Counted from the first letter of the stretch, positions 1 to 9,077 are shown. The stretch: DNA of 64,000 nt from Phycisphaeraceae bacterium (GCA_040905565.1 JBBDRF010000082.1:9234-73233), one strand, 5' to 3'. The notes: generated by a model not told the origin, from the letters alone. Made by a program: numbers and translations.

Positions 1-180
1 TTCGCTCATGCGTTGCCAGAGTTCGTTCGTGCACGCTTCGATGCGATCGGGGCGGGCGTTTTGCCGGCGGAGCGCGGCGGCGCAGGCACGCGTGAAATCG
101 GCATGGCACGCGGCCCGCTGTTCACCGGAGGCGCTGGAGAGATCGAAGAAATTGCGGGAATAGTCGGTCGAAAGCGCCAT
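1..180 (-). CDS. Hypothetical protein, 5' part only (runs off the left edge)
   Basis: ATG at 180 with GGAG 5 nt upstream, 25 nt downstream of the murD stop; open frame MALSTDYSRNFFDLSSASGEQRAACHADF...LWQRMSE to the window edge. Not in the ORF track because it lacks a stop. Confidence 0.55.
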   Translation of the reverse strand, partial: MALSTDYSRNFFDLSSASGEQRAACHADFTRACAAALRRQNARPDRIEACTNELWQRMSE

Positions 181-205
181 GGCGACTCCACGATGGTCTT
201 GAACG

Positions 206-1564
206 TCAGCCGCCTGTGCTGCCGGTTTCGGTGGTGTAGCGCAGCACGAGCTCGCCGAACGATCGGCCACGCTGCTCGTAACTGGTGAACTGATCCCAGC
301 TGGCGCAGCCGGGCGAAAGCAGAACGACCTGCCCGGCCTGCGCGGAAGCCACGGCATGACGCACGGCGGCTTCAAGAGTCTCGCAACGATGCACAAGGCA
401 ACCATCTTCCACCGCCTCGGCGGCCTCGGCGATGGCGTGGCCGGTCTGCCCGATGGTGTAGACGGCGGCGGCGTGATGACCGGCATGGCGGGCGAGCGGG
501 CGGAGATCGGCGTGCTTGTCGTAACCGCCGAGGATGAGGTGGACGCTGTGGCGGGCGAAGCTGTCGAGCCCAAGCATGGCGGCGTCGGGCGTGGTGCTCT
601 TGGAATCGTTGTAGAAGGTCCGCCCCGAATGTTCCGCGACATGCTGAAGGCGGTGCGGCAAACCGTTGAAGTTGGCGAGGGCGTCGATCGCCTGCTGACG
701 TGCCATACCGGTCTGCTCGCAAGCGGCGACGGCCATGGCTGCATTGAGCGCGTTGTGCTCACCGACGACCTGCAACGCGGCATGCAAAGGTTTGTCGAGG
801 ATGACGCACCGGGCGGGCGTTTCGTATTGCCAGTCGGCGACGGTGGGGCCTAGCACCGCCCAGTCGCCGTGCTGCTGGTGACGCAGGATGGTCTTCTTCG
901 CGTGGACGTAGGCGTCGAGGCTGCCGTGGCGATCGAGGTGATTGTCCCCAATGTTCGTCACGACCCCACCACCAATCCCCCCCCACACACTCACATTTTC
1001 CGCATGTTCCGGCGCGTTGGTGGGGGGGGCGAGCATGAAGCTGGAGAGTTCGAGGACGACCCAATCGTCGTGGGCGATGTTGGCGAGGTTCGGAAGCAGC
1101 GAGCCGCCGAGGTTCCCGCCGACGTGGACGTGGTCGCGGCCGTGGTGCTGCGCGAGGGCGTGGGCGATCATGCTGGTGACGGTGGATTTGCCAGCCGACC
1201 CGGTGATGCCGATCGTGCGGTCGCGGTTGGGCAGACGCTCCAGCAGCAGTTCGATCTCCGTCACCATCGGCGTCCCGGCCTTCGCCGCGGCGTGAAGGTA
1301 ACGATTCAACCGACGATCGACCGCAGGGTTCACGATCACCAGGTCGGCGTCGGCGAAGTCGGCTTCGCGATGCTCGCCGAGGCGGTAGGTGATCGGCAGG
1401 CCTTCGAGTTTCGCCATGGATTCGGTGAGGTCGGCTTCGCCGAGCAGGTCGGTCACAAGCACCTGCTTCGCGCCTTGCTGGGCGCAGAACGTGGCCGCGC
1501 CGACGCCGCCGCCGAATCGGCCGAGCCCCATGATCAACACACGCTTGCCAGCGATCGCCTGCAT
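206..1564 (-). CDS. murD: UDP-N-acetylmuramoyl-L-alanine--D-glutamate ligase
   Basis: GLGRFGGG N-terminus, GITGSAGKST P-loop, GGNLG, VLELSSF, NHLDRH, HRLQ, FYNDSKST, LILGGYDK, LLSPGCASWDQF..YEQRG. Confidence 0.93.
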   Translation of the reverse strand: MQAIAGKRVLIMGLGRFGGGVGAATFCAQQGAKQVLVTDLLGEADLTESMAKLEGLPITYRLGEHREADFADADLVIVNPAVDRRLNRYLHAAAKAGTPMVTEIELLLERLPNRDRTIGITGSAGKSTVTSMIAHALAQHHGRDHVHVGGNLGGSLLPNLANIAHDDWVVLELSSFMLAPPTNAPEHAENVSVWGGIGGGVVTNIGDNHLDRHGSLDAYVHAKKTILRHQQHGDWAVLGPTVADWQYETPARCVILDKPLHAALQVVGEHNALNAAMAVAACEQTGMARQQAIDALANFNGLPHRLQHVAEHSGRTFYNDSKSTTPDAAMLGLDSFARHSVHLILGGYDKHADLRPLARHAGHHAAAVYTIGQTGHAIAEAAEAVEDGCLVHRCETLEAAVRHAVASAQAGQVVLLSPGCASWDQFTSYEQRGRSFGELVLRYTTETGSTGG

Positions 1565-1632
1565 GGCGAAAGTTTACCACATTGAACTTTATCAGCCGAT
1601 CCGACCGATGTTCCCAAGACGGAGTTCACGCC

Positions 1633-1905
1633 ATGCCCGACCGCCCGGACTACATTCTGGATATCCCCAGTCTCGCAAGCGACGCAGCAGAGCAGGGCGC
1701 GTCGGCCGGCTCACAGGCGGACGATCACACGCTGAAGGGGCGGCCGTGGCTGTCGATCTACTGGCGCTGCTGCCACGTCTATTCTCGGATCTATCGCAAT
1801 CGTGAGCAGACGGCTTACGCCGGTTACTGCCCGGGTTGCCGTCGGCATGTGAAGGCGACGATCGGCGAGAACGGCACGAACTGCCGGCTGTTTTACGCGG
1901 AATAG
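1633..1905 (+). CDS. Small Cys-rich hypothetical protein (putative zinc ribbon)
   Basis: GGAG upstream of ATG 1633; WRCCHVYSRIY...YCPGC motif; divergent from murD. Confidence 0.7.
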   Translation: MPDRPDYILDIPSLASDAAEQGASAGSQADDHTLKGRPWLSIYWRCCHVYSRIYRNREQTAYAGYCPGCRRHVKATIGENGTNCRLFYAE

Positions 1906-1915
1906 GGCGTGTGTT

Positions 1916-2197
1916 TCAGCGTTCGATGGAGCGGCCGGATTCGTCCATCTCGATGTCGCGGACGCGGCCGCTTGATTTGTTGCCGGTGAGTCCGGTCCAT
2001 CCGAAGAGGAAATCGCCGGTGTTCTCGAGGCCGCGGCCGAGCGATTCGCCGAAATCCTCCTCGGGCTCCTCGGGTTCCGCCGTGCGGTACTGTGAGCCGA
2101 CCCAGCTGTTCTCCGTGCCGACCACACGCTCCTGGCAGCCGACGCTCCCCAGCATCAGCACGCCGAGCACGCTTACCACCAACGCCGACTTAATCAT
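1916..2197 (-). CDS. Small putative lipoprotein
   Basis: MIKSALVVSVLGVLMLGSVGC signal with lipobox-like SVGC, then an acidic mature region; alternative start at 2215. Confidence 0.65.
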   Translation of the reverse strand: MIKSALVVSVLGVLMLGSVGCQERVVGTENSWVGSQYRTAEPEEPEEDFGESLGRGLENTGDFLFGWTGLTGNKSSGRVRDIEMDESGRSIER

Positions 2198-2330
2198 GTG
2201 CCGCTTCTCTCTCATAGCGATGATTGTACCGCTCCCGCGCGCCGGCTTCGACGCATTTTCCTCGCCTATGAAGTTGCCCCGTGCGGCAGCCCCACCGCCG
2301 TTGGTTGCCGCCGAGCCTATACTGTGACCG

Positions 2331-3581
2331 ATGGCTACTTTGCAAAGATGTGTCGTCTTCGGATTGCTTTTCGCTTGCATCAACGTTGCGTCGTTGCGAG
2401 GCGAAGAGCCTGACGCTGCGGTGCTGCGAATGCTTCTGGAGCGGGTGCAGCAGCTGGATTTCGACGACGCCGAGGCGGTGCACGAAGTGGCTGAGTGGGC
2501 CCGCAAGCGGGGACTGCATGCGTACGCGTTGGAGCTTTACGACCGCGTGCTTGATGCCGACCCCCAGCACGCAGCCGCCCACGCGCAGTTGGTCGATCTC
2601 ACCGCCCGGCGGGGCATCGCCGACGACGCAGCGCTTCGTAAGGAACTTGGCGAGGCGTTGCCGGGGTTCAACCTGCACGTGACGGACCATTTTGTGATCG
2701 TCTACGACACGGACCGTGAAGCTGCTGAGGAACGTGCTGCATTGCTGGAGCGGACGCACACGATGTTCTATCGCACGTTCGATCGGGCTGATTTTCTAAC
2801 GCGGCCGTTGCGGGAGAAGCTGGTCGTGATTTTGTTCGCCGACCGTCAGGATTTTCAGACCTACGCAGCGGAACGCGACGCGGTGCATCATGACTGGTCG
2901 CTTGGGCATTACTCAGCCCGCACGAATCGCGTCGCCTTTTACCATGAGCCGACCGGCACCGCCCTGGCGCGTTACGCCGAGCGCGTGGCGGTACTGGAAG
3001 CGGAAGTGCGTGAGCATGAGGAGGGTGATCGGGCTGCCGATCGGCGTCGCGCGGAGGCTGAGCTATCGCGTTTGCGCGCCAGGCACACCCGGCTGGCCGA
3101 GGCCACCGACACGGCCCGCACCACGCATGAAGCCACGCACCAACTGGCTTTCAACGCAGGCCTGCTACGGCGGGGCGTGGTGCATCCCATCTGGATCGTC
3201 GAAGGCATGGCGACGAACTTCGAAGCCCTTCAAAGCGATGCGACCTTCGGCCCGCGCGTGGCGAATCCCTACCGGCGCAGTGCTCTCGTCGAAGCGGTCC
3301 GCGGGGATGCGCTGCTCCCGTTGGCGGAGTTGATCGTGCAAGTTCATTCGCCTGGAGACAACAAGGCCGCTCGCGATCTTTATGCCCAGTCGTGGGCGTT
3401 GTTCCGCTACCTTTTCCGCCGCCACCCCGAGCAGCTGCGCGATTACCTCGCTGCCCTGTACACCTTTGAGCGCGACCGCCACGATCCCGACGCACTCCAC
3501 GAAGCGTTCACCCAAGCCTTCGGCGAACTCGACATCTTCGAACCACGCTTCACCGCCTACGTCCGCTCGGCGGATCCCTGA
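2331..3581 (+). CDS. DUF1570-like secreted protein (HExxH metallopeptidase-like)
   Basis: Signal peptide, TDHFVIVYD, GHYSARTNRVAFY, HEATHQLAFNAG, WIVEGMATNFE, YAQSWALF. Confidence 0.8.
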   Translation: MATLQRCVVFGLLFACINVASLRGEEPDAAVLRMLLERVQQLDFDDAEAVHEVAEWARKRGLHAYALELYDRVLDADPQHAAAHAQLVDLTARRGIADDAALRKELGEALPGFNLHVTDHFVIVYDTDREAAEERAALLERTHTMFYRTFDRADFLTRPLREKLVVILFADRQDFQTYAAERDAVHHDWSLGHYSARTNRVAFYHEPTGTALARYAERVAVLEAEVREHEEGDRAADRRRAEAELSRLRARHTRLAEATDTARTTHEATHQLAFNAGLLRRGVVHPIWIVEGMATNFEALQSDATFGPRVANPYRRSALVEAVRGDALLPLAELIVQVHSPGDNKAARDLYAQSWALFRYLFRRHPEQLRDYLAALYTFERDRHDPDALHEAFTQAFGELDIFEPRFTAYVRSADP

Positions 3582-3590
3582 GAAGAGGTA

Positions 3591-3748
3591 TAACCACAGA
3601 GGCACGGAGAGGGAGGAGGTAAGAGAAGAGGAGACTGAGAAAAACAGGTGAAAGATGGTTCATCACAAGGGTGAGCTGAAGGCTCTGCGAGAAAGTTCGC
3701 TTTCTTCTCTTCCCCGTCTTCTCCTCTTCCTCTGTGCCTCTGTGGTTA
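3591..3748. repeat. 158-bp inverted-repeat element (MITE/REP-like)
   Basis: TAACCACAGAGGCACGGAG ... CTCTGTGCCTCTGTGGTTA (18/19 inverted match); purine-rich left arm and pyrimidine-rich right arm; intergenic. Confidence 0.8.
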
Positions 3749-3807
3749 AACCCTTCCGGATTCGCCCGCGCTTTTGCGATCGGCGTTCGCGCTCTATGCT
3801 GGGCGGT

Positions 3808-4332
3808 ATGGAATGGCCGAACGTTTGGGCACCTTGGCGAATTGAGTACATCAGGCAGTTGCCGCGTGACGGCGGCGCGCCGGCGTGTTTTCTATGTGAT
3901 GCGTGGCAGCGGCCCGAGGACGATGATGCACTGCTTGTGCTGCATCGCTCCCCCGCTGCCATGATCCTGATGAACCGCTTCCCCTATACCAGTGGCCATT
4001 TGATGGTCGTCCCTGCTGAACATGCGGGCGACCTGGTGGATCTGACCAGCACGGTCCGCTGCGAGATCATCGAACTGATTGCGCTGGCGGAACGGCTGAT
4101 TCAGACGGTGCTGAATCCGCAGGGGCTGAACATCGGCTTCAACATCGGCCGGGCTGCGGGGGCCGGGCTGCCCGGTCACGTTCACGCGCATCTTGTGCCA
4201 CGCTGGGGGGGCGATACGAATTTTATCAGTGTGGTCGGACAGGTCCGCGTGATTCCGCAGGCCATGCAGGAAACGTTCGAGGAATTGAAAGCCGCCCTGC
4301 CCGGCGTGCTGGAGGACGGCAACGGTGAATGA
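3808..4332 (+). CDS. HIT family hydrolase (Ap4A phosphorylase/Fhit-like)
   Basis: WAPWR, CFLC, NRFPYTSGHLMVVP, NIGRAAGAG, HVHAH triad, PRWGGDTNF. Confidence 0.9.
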   Translation: MEWPNVWAPWRIEYIRQLPRDGGAPACFLCDAWQRPEDDDALLVLHRSPAAMILMNRFPYTSGHLMVVPAEHAGDLVDLTSTVRCEIIELIALAERLIQTVLNPQGLNIGFNIGRAAGAGLPGHVHAHLVPRWGGDTNFISVVGQVRVIPQAMQETFEELKAALPGVLEDGNGE

Positions 4333-5863
4333 CAATCCCTCCCCTACCGCTGGAACGGTTTACCTCGTCGGAGCCGGGCCGGGCGATCCAAGCCTCATCA
4401 CCGTGGCAGCGGTGCGGGCACTGGCGCAGGCGGACGTGATCGTGTTCGATGCCCTGGCGAACGCTGAGTTGCTCAGTTATGCCCGCGCGGACGTTGAACT
4501 GATCGATGCGGGCAAACGCGCGAAACAACACAAGCTGACGCAGGATGAGACGAACGCTCTGCTGGCTGAGCACGCCCTGGCGGGCAGGACGGTTGTGCGG
4601 CTCAAAGGCGGCGATCCCTACGTGTTCGGCCGGGGCTCGGAAGAGGCGATGTACCTGCACAGTCGAGGCGTGCGTGCGGTCGTGATCCCCGGCATCACCG
4701 CCGCCATGGCCGGCCCCGCGTACGCCGGAATTCCGGTCACGCATCGCAACGTGGCCACCACGGTGACGTTCATCACCGGCCACGAAAACCCGACCAAGGG
4801 CGAACTGCAGACGGACTACCGAGGCCTGTCGCTGCTCGCCCAACGCGGCGGCACGCTTTGCTTCTACATGGGCATGGGCCGACTCAGCGGCATCGTCGAC
4901 GAACTGCATCGCCACGGCCTGCCGCTGGACACGCCCGCAGCCGTCGTGCAGTGGGGCACGCTGCCGCGGCAACGCTCGGTCCGTGCTGCGATGAGCGACC
5001 TGCAGGACGCGGTCGAACGGGCGGGCCTCGGCGCCCCGGCCATCATCGTCATCGGGCCCGTGGCAGCGGTCGACAAGGAAGGCGCGCTGCGATGGTTCGA
5101 AGATCGTCCGCTGTTCGGTCAGCGTGTCGTCATTACGCGGACGCGCCACCAGGCCTCGACGCTTAAAGAGGAACTGGAAATGCTCGGGGCGGAGGTGCTT
5201 GAAGCGCCGACGATCGAGATTCAACCCACCACCGAGATGGGCCCGATCGATGCTGCCATCCGCAACGTGAAGCAGTACGACTGGCTGATCCTCACCTCCG
5301 CCAACGGCGTCACCGCCCTGCGCGAACGCATGGCCCTGCTGAAACTCGATGCGCGTCATCTGGCGGGCGTGAAGATCGCTGCGGTCGGCGACACCACCGT
5401 GGCGGCCCTCGAGCAGATCGGCATCGGGGCGGACTTGGTGCCGACGCGTTACGTGGCTGAGTCGCTGGCCTCGGATCTGCTTGAGCGGGAGTCGATGCAG
5501 GGCAAGCGGGTGCTGATGCTTCGCGCTGATATCGCCCGTCCGCTGTTGCGCGAGAAGCTCGAACAGGCGGGCGCGACCGTGGCCGACCTGCCGATCTACG
5601 AGACGCGGCAGCCGACGGGTTTGCCGGCGAATGTCGTGGAAGCACTCGAATCCGACGCGGTGGATTGGGTGACCTTCACCAGCTCATCCACGGTGCGAAA
5701 CTTCGTCGAACTGCTCGGCGAGAAGCGCGACCTGCTGGCGAAGACAAAGCTCGCCAGCATCGGTCCGATCACGTCGCAGACGATCCGCGACCTCGGTCTG
5801 GAGCCGACGCTCGAGGCTGAGGAGCACAATGTTCAGGGTTTGGTGGCGGCGCTGAGGGCATAG
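4325..5863 (+). CDS. cobA: Fused uroporphyrinogen-III C-methyltransferase / uroporphyrinogen-III synthase (CobA-HemD)
   Basis: VYLVGAGPGDP, VRLKGGDPYVFGRGSEE, PGITA; C-terminal HemD half with VITR, LTSANGV, FTSSSTV, SIGPIT; GTG start overlaps the HIT stop. Confidence 0.92.
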   Translation: MNDNPSPTAGTVYLVGAGPGDPSLITVAAVRALAQADVIVFDALANAELLSYARADVELIDAGKRAKQHKLTQDETNALLAEHALAGRTVVRLKGGDPYVFGRGSEEAMYLHSRGVRAVVIPGITAAMAGPAYAGIPVTHRNVATTVTFITGHENPTKGELQTDYRGLSLLAQRGGTLCFYMGMGRLSGIVDELHRHGLPLDTPAAVVQWGTLPRQRSVRAAMSDLQDAVERAGLGAPAIIVIGPVAAVDKEGALRWFEDRPLFGQRVVITRTRHQASTLKEELEMLGAEVLEAPTIEIQPTTEMGPIDAAIRNVKQYDWLILTSANGVTALRERMALLKLDARHLAGVKIAAVGDTTVAALEQIGIGADLVPTRYVAESLASDLLERESMQGKRVLMLRADIARPLLREKLEQAGATVADLPIYETRQPTGLPANVVEALESDAVDWVTFTSSSTVRNFVELLGEKRDLLAKTKLASIGPITSQTIRDLGLEPTLEAEEHNVQGLVAALRA

Positions 5864-5865
5864 GG

Positions 5866-5975
5866 GGGTGCCCCGGCCAGCGAGCGCAGCGAGACGGCCG
5901 GGCTTCCCGAACCTATGCGAAGTCCACAACTGATGTCGCGATCCCGCCCGGCCGTCTTCGCTGGCCGGGGCACCC
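5866..5975. repeat. REP-like inverted-repeat pair (REPIN-like)
   Basis: GGGTGCCCCGGCCAGCGA...AGACGGCCGGGC pairs with GCCCGGCCGTCT..TCGCTGGCCGGGGCACCC; lies between convergent genes. Confidence 0.75.
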
Positions 5976-5996
5976 ATACGTCGCCCGCTAACGTTG

Positions 5997-7055
5997 TTAT
6001 TCGTCGTTCTGGATGGCGTACCAGGCGAACCAGCGGGTGCGGAGGGTGGGCTTGAGGTCGTCGGCGGTGCGGTCTTGATTGCCGCCGTCCTGCACCTGCC
6101 AGCCGTCTGCGGTCTGCTGGATGATGACGGGGTCCATCGGGCCGCGATCATCGTCAGTACCCGGCTGACGATCGACGGGAAACTGCAATTCGCCTGCTGC
6201 GTAGTAGCGGGTCCAAGGCTCGGAGACATACGCCCGGCGTTGCTCCCGCACGGCCTCCAACACCGTCGTCCGCGGCTGCATCTCACGCCAATCCGCCCAG
6301 CGCCCGATCCACGTCGGCACGAGCGTCAACTCGGCTGCTTCGTCAGCTGAATCGCCCGCCAGAGGCCCGGCGATCGCCCGCATGCGAAGCTGACTCCACA
6401 AGCTCACCTGCGTGAGGTCTTCGGTCGCTCCCTCGTCTTCGCTGTTCTCGACGATGTTGTACATCACCAGGTTCGAGTTGCTGAGCAAGCCGCTGTAGCC
6501 GAACCGCAACGCGGTGCTTTCGCCATCGACTTCCACGGCCCGATCGAACACCGCGACGCTGTCGGCGATGGGGCTGTAGGTGACGGCGATGGGCCGACCG
6601 CCGACTACGTCGTTCACGATCTCATGGCCGCGCATGATCTGGATGGGGTACGCCCGAGCCTCGCCATCGACGACGACGCCGATGACCTGCTCATCATCGT
6701 GCACCACCGGCCAGAGCGGGTGGTCGCTCAATGAGTCGACCTCGGCCAGCGTCAGCACATCGGGCTCATGCAGGACGATCTGTTCATCGCGCAGCATCCG
6801 TGCGGAGACGAGCGTTTCGCGGTTCACGTTGAGATTGGAAAGATCGTACCCGTAGCTTTCGACCGTGCGGCCGTCGCCCAGCGCTGTCTGCCGCAGCTGC
6901 CAACCTTCGTAGATGGCGCCGGCGATGGCGAGGACGAAGGCGACGCCGAGGAAAGCTGCCAGTGCGATGAGCGTGCGTCGCCCTTCGGGGCGGAGCGGGG
7001 CCGTTCCCTTGCGGCCGAACTTCCATTGCGGCTGTTCGGTGGCATGATCAGTCAC
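5997..7055 (-). CDS. DUF3179-like membrane-anchored protein
   Basis: N-terminal TM helix; VIGVVVDGEARAYP, HEIVNDVVGG.PIAVTY, FGYSGLL.NSNLVMY, SLWSQ..AIAGPL, FWFAW-like end (RWFAW); GTG start overlaps the ctaB stop. Confidence 0.8.
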   Translation of the reverse strand: MTDHATEQPQWKFGRKGTAPLRPEGRRTLIALAAFLGVAFVLAIAGAIYEGWQLRQTALGDGRTVESYGYDLSNLNVNRETLVSARMLRDEQIVLHEPDVLTLAEVDSLSDHPLWPVVHDDEQVIGVVVDGEARAYPIQIMRGHEIVNDVVGGRPIAVTYSPIADSVAVFDRAVEVDGESTALRFGYSGLLSNSNLVMYNIVENSEDEGATEDLTQVSLWSQLRMRAIAGPLAGDSADEAAELTLVPTWIGRWADWREMQPRTTVLEAVREQRRAYVSEPWTRYYAAGELQFPVDRQPGTDDDRGPMDPVIIQQTADGWQVQDGGNQDRTADDLKPTLRTRWFAWYAIQNDE

Positions 7056-8121
7056 GTTGCACCAACCTCCCAAGCGTTGCGGTTTCCGCGGCGGTTTCGT
7101 CTGCTTCAAGCGTCGGCGTGGTCGGCTCAGCGGGCGGCTGCGCTTCCTGCAAGACGGTAGTCGGCTCAGGCCAATCGGCTTCGACGACGGTGCTGCGATC
7201 GACGACCATCACGATCAGCAGCAGGGGCAGATAGATCACGGAACCGAGGAAAAGCCGTTTGGCCTCGGCCTCGTTACGCTGCTGCGTCAGGCCCCACGCC
7301 AGTTTCACAAGCCAGAGCGTGAGCGCCAGCGAAGCGACGGCGAAAAGCCAGCCGGTCATGCCGACCTGGGCGGCGACCACGCCGAGCGGTAGCAGGGCGA
7401 CGCTCCACATCAACGCAGCATGGCTGGTGAGCCGACCGCTGGGGTCGATGATGGGCAGCATTCGGTAGCCGCCGATTTCGTAATCTTTGCGGTACATCCA
7501 CGCGAGTGCGAGGAAGTGAGGAATCTGCCAGATGAAGAGGATGGCCCCGAGCACCCATGCCCCAGCCCCGAACGAGCCGGTCGCGGCGACCCAGCCGATC
7601 ATCGGCGGCACCGCGCCCACGATGCCGCCGACCATCGTGTTCAGCGTGCTTCGGGTTTTCATGGGGGTGTAGACAAAAACGTAAAGCAGCAGCGTCAGCA
7701 GCGCCAGCCCGGCAGCGGCGAAGCTGACGAGTGCAGCCAGAAGCGTGACGCCCCAGCCGCCCGCCAGCACGGCCATCGCGACGGCATGCATGGTGCCGAT
7801 TCTGCCCGAAGGCAGCGGGCGTCCCTGAGTGCGGCGCATCAGGCTGTCACGTTCGCGTTCCCAAACCTGGTTCAGAGCGTTGGCGGACCCGGCTGCAAGG
7901 GCGGTGCCGATGACGGTCCAGAGAAGCTGCAGCCAGTTAATGCCTGTGCCTTCGAGAACCGCCCCACTGCCGAGGACGTACCCGACGCCGGTGGTGGCGA
8001 CGACCATCCCGCTCAGCCGTGCCTTGCCGAGCTCCATGTAGATACTCGGCAGCTCGCGCAGGCGCGCGGGGCCGTGGAGGATCGGACTATTTAAGGGCGC
8101 TGAGATTGTTGTCTGGGTCAT
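7048..8121 (-). CDS. ctaB: Heme o synthase (protoheme IX farnesyltransferase)
   Basis: ANALNQVWERERDSLMRRTQGRPLPSG, YVFVYTPMK, GAVPPMIGW, WQIPHF.ALAW.YRKDY. Confidence 0.93.
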   Translation of the reverse strand: MTQTTISAPLNSPILHGPARLRELPSIYMELGKARLSGMVVATTGVGYVLGSGAVLEGTGINWLQLLWTVIGTALAAGSANALNQVWERERDSLMRRTQGRPLPSGRIGTMHAVAMAVLAGGWGVTLLAALVSFAAAGLALLTLLLYVFVYTPMKTRSTLNTMVGGIVGAVPPMIGWVAATGSFGAGAWVLGAILFIWQIPHFLALAWMYRKDYEIGGYRMLPIIDPSGRLTSHAALMWSVALLPLGVVAAQVGMTGWLFAVASLALTLWLVKLAWGLTQQRNEAEAKRLFLGSVIYLPLLLIVMVVDRSTVVEADWPEPTTVLQEAQPPAEPTTPTLEADETAAETATLGRLVQRD

Positions 8122-8212
8122 CGCTACCGCACTCGCTTAAGGCCTCCCCTGCCGCTGACCATCGGGCAAGCGGGTCAAAGATAGTAGAGCGATCCCCGGC
8201 CCCGGGCAAGGG

Positions 8213-8282
8213 CTTGCGACGCCGGCAAGAGCGCTAACAATGGGTTGCCTCTTGCAGAATGGAGTTGGAGCGCTAATAATGG
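8213..8282 (+). promoter_or_regulatory. Tandem sigma70-like promoter pair upstream of rpsU
   Basis: Two TTGC(GA/AG) -35-like boxes, each followed by GAGCGCTAA(C/T)AATGG (8229-8243 and 8268-8282, 14/15 identical). Confidence 0.45.
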
Positions 8283-8353
8283 TAGGTCGCGATCCGCTCG
8301 GCGGGTCGTGTTCGCTTATTCCCTACTCCCTACAGAGGATCGGTGACCAGCTT

Positions 8354-8557
8354 ATGTCCATTCGCATCAAAGCCCGCAGCGGTGAGTCGGCTGAGCAAAT
8401 GCTCCGTCGCTTTAAGAAGTTGTGTGAAAAAGAAGGCCTGACCAAAGACGTTAAGAAGCACGCCTACTACGAGAAGCCTTCCGAGCGTCGCCGCCGCGCC
8501 CAGCGCAAGAGCGCCAAGCGTATGCAGAAGGTCGGCCCGCCTCCCCGCCGCGCCTGA
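8354..8557 (+). CDS. rpsU: 30S ribosomal protein S21
   Basis: GES.EQMLRRFKKLCEKEG..KDVKKH.YYEKPSERRRR. Confidence 0.95.
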   Translation: MSIRIKARSGESAEQMLRRFKKLCEKEGLTKDVKKHAYYEKPSERRRRAQRKSAKRMQKVGPPPRRA

Positions 8558-8621
8558 TAAGGATCGCCCCCGCCTGACCCGCGCCCTCAGCGGCGGATTT
8601 GGTCCGGGGACTGATACGCGA

Positions 8622-9077
8622 ATGATTGAATCGCCATCTCCACAGCCCGGCGACGAAGGGCAGCAGGCCGCGGCCAGAACGTTCGCCTGTCATGCAGCGC
8701 GTCTGCTGGCCGACAGCCACTGCGAACAGACGCTGGTGCTGGACGTCCGCGGGATCAGCCAGGTCACCGATTTCCTGGTCATCACCACCGGCACGTCGGA
8801 CCGACAGATCCGCTCGCTTGGGCAGGATCTCAAAGACCTCGGCCGCCTTGAGGACCATCAGCCCCTCAGCCTCCACGGCACCGATACAGGGCAGTGGGTC
8901 GTGGTCGATTTCGCCGACGTGGTGGTCCACCTCTTCGAAGCGGAAGTTCGGACCTACTACGATCTTGAGTCGCTTTGGGCGGACGGCAAAACCGTCGACT
9001 GGGAAGCGGTCACCGAGCCCGGGCAGTTCGCTCGCCTTGCCGCCCAGCGGAGCGCTCAAAAAGAAGACCGATCGTAA
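8622..9077 (+). CDS. rsfS: Ribosome silencing factor
   Basis: VLDVRGISQVTDFLVITTGTSDRQI, WVVVDFADVVVHLF..E.R.YYDLESLW. Confidence 0.93.
   Translation: MIESPSPQPGDEGQQAAARTFACHAARLLADSHCEQTLVLDVRGISQVTDFLVITTGTSDRQIRSLGQDLKDLGRLEDHQPLSLHGTDTGQWVVVDFADVVVHLFEAEVRTYYDLESLWADGKTVDWEAVTEPGQFARLAAQRSAQKEDRS

Noticed and set aside
6..288. Track ORFs 6-191 (-) and 13-288 (+)
   Set aside because: The frame starting at ATG 180 with an RBS is more plausible; these look like shadows
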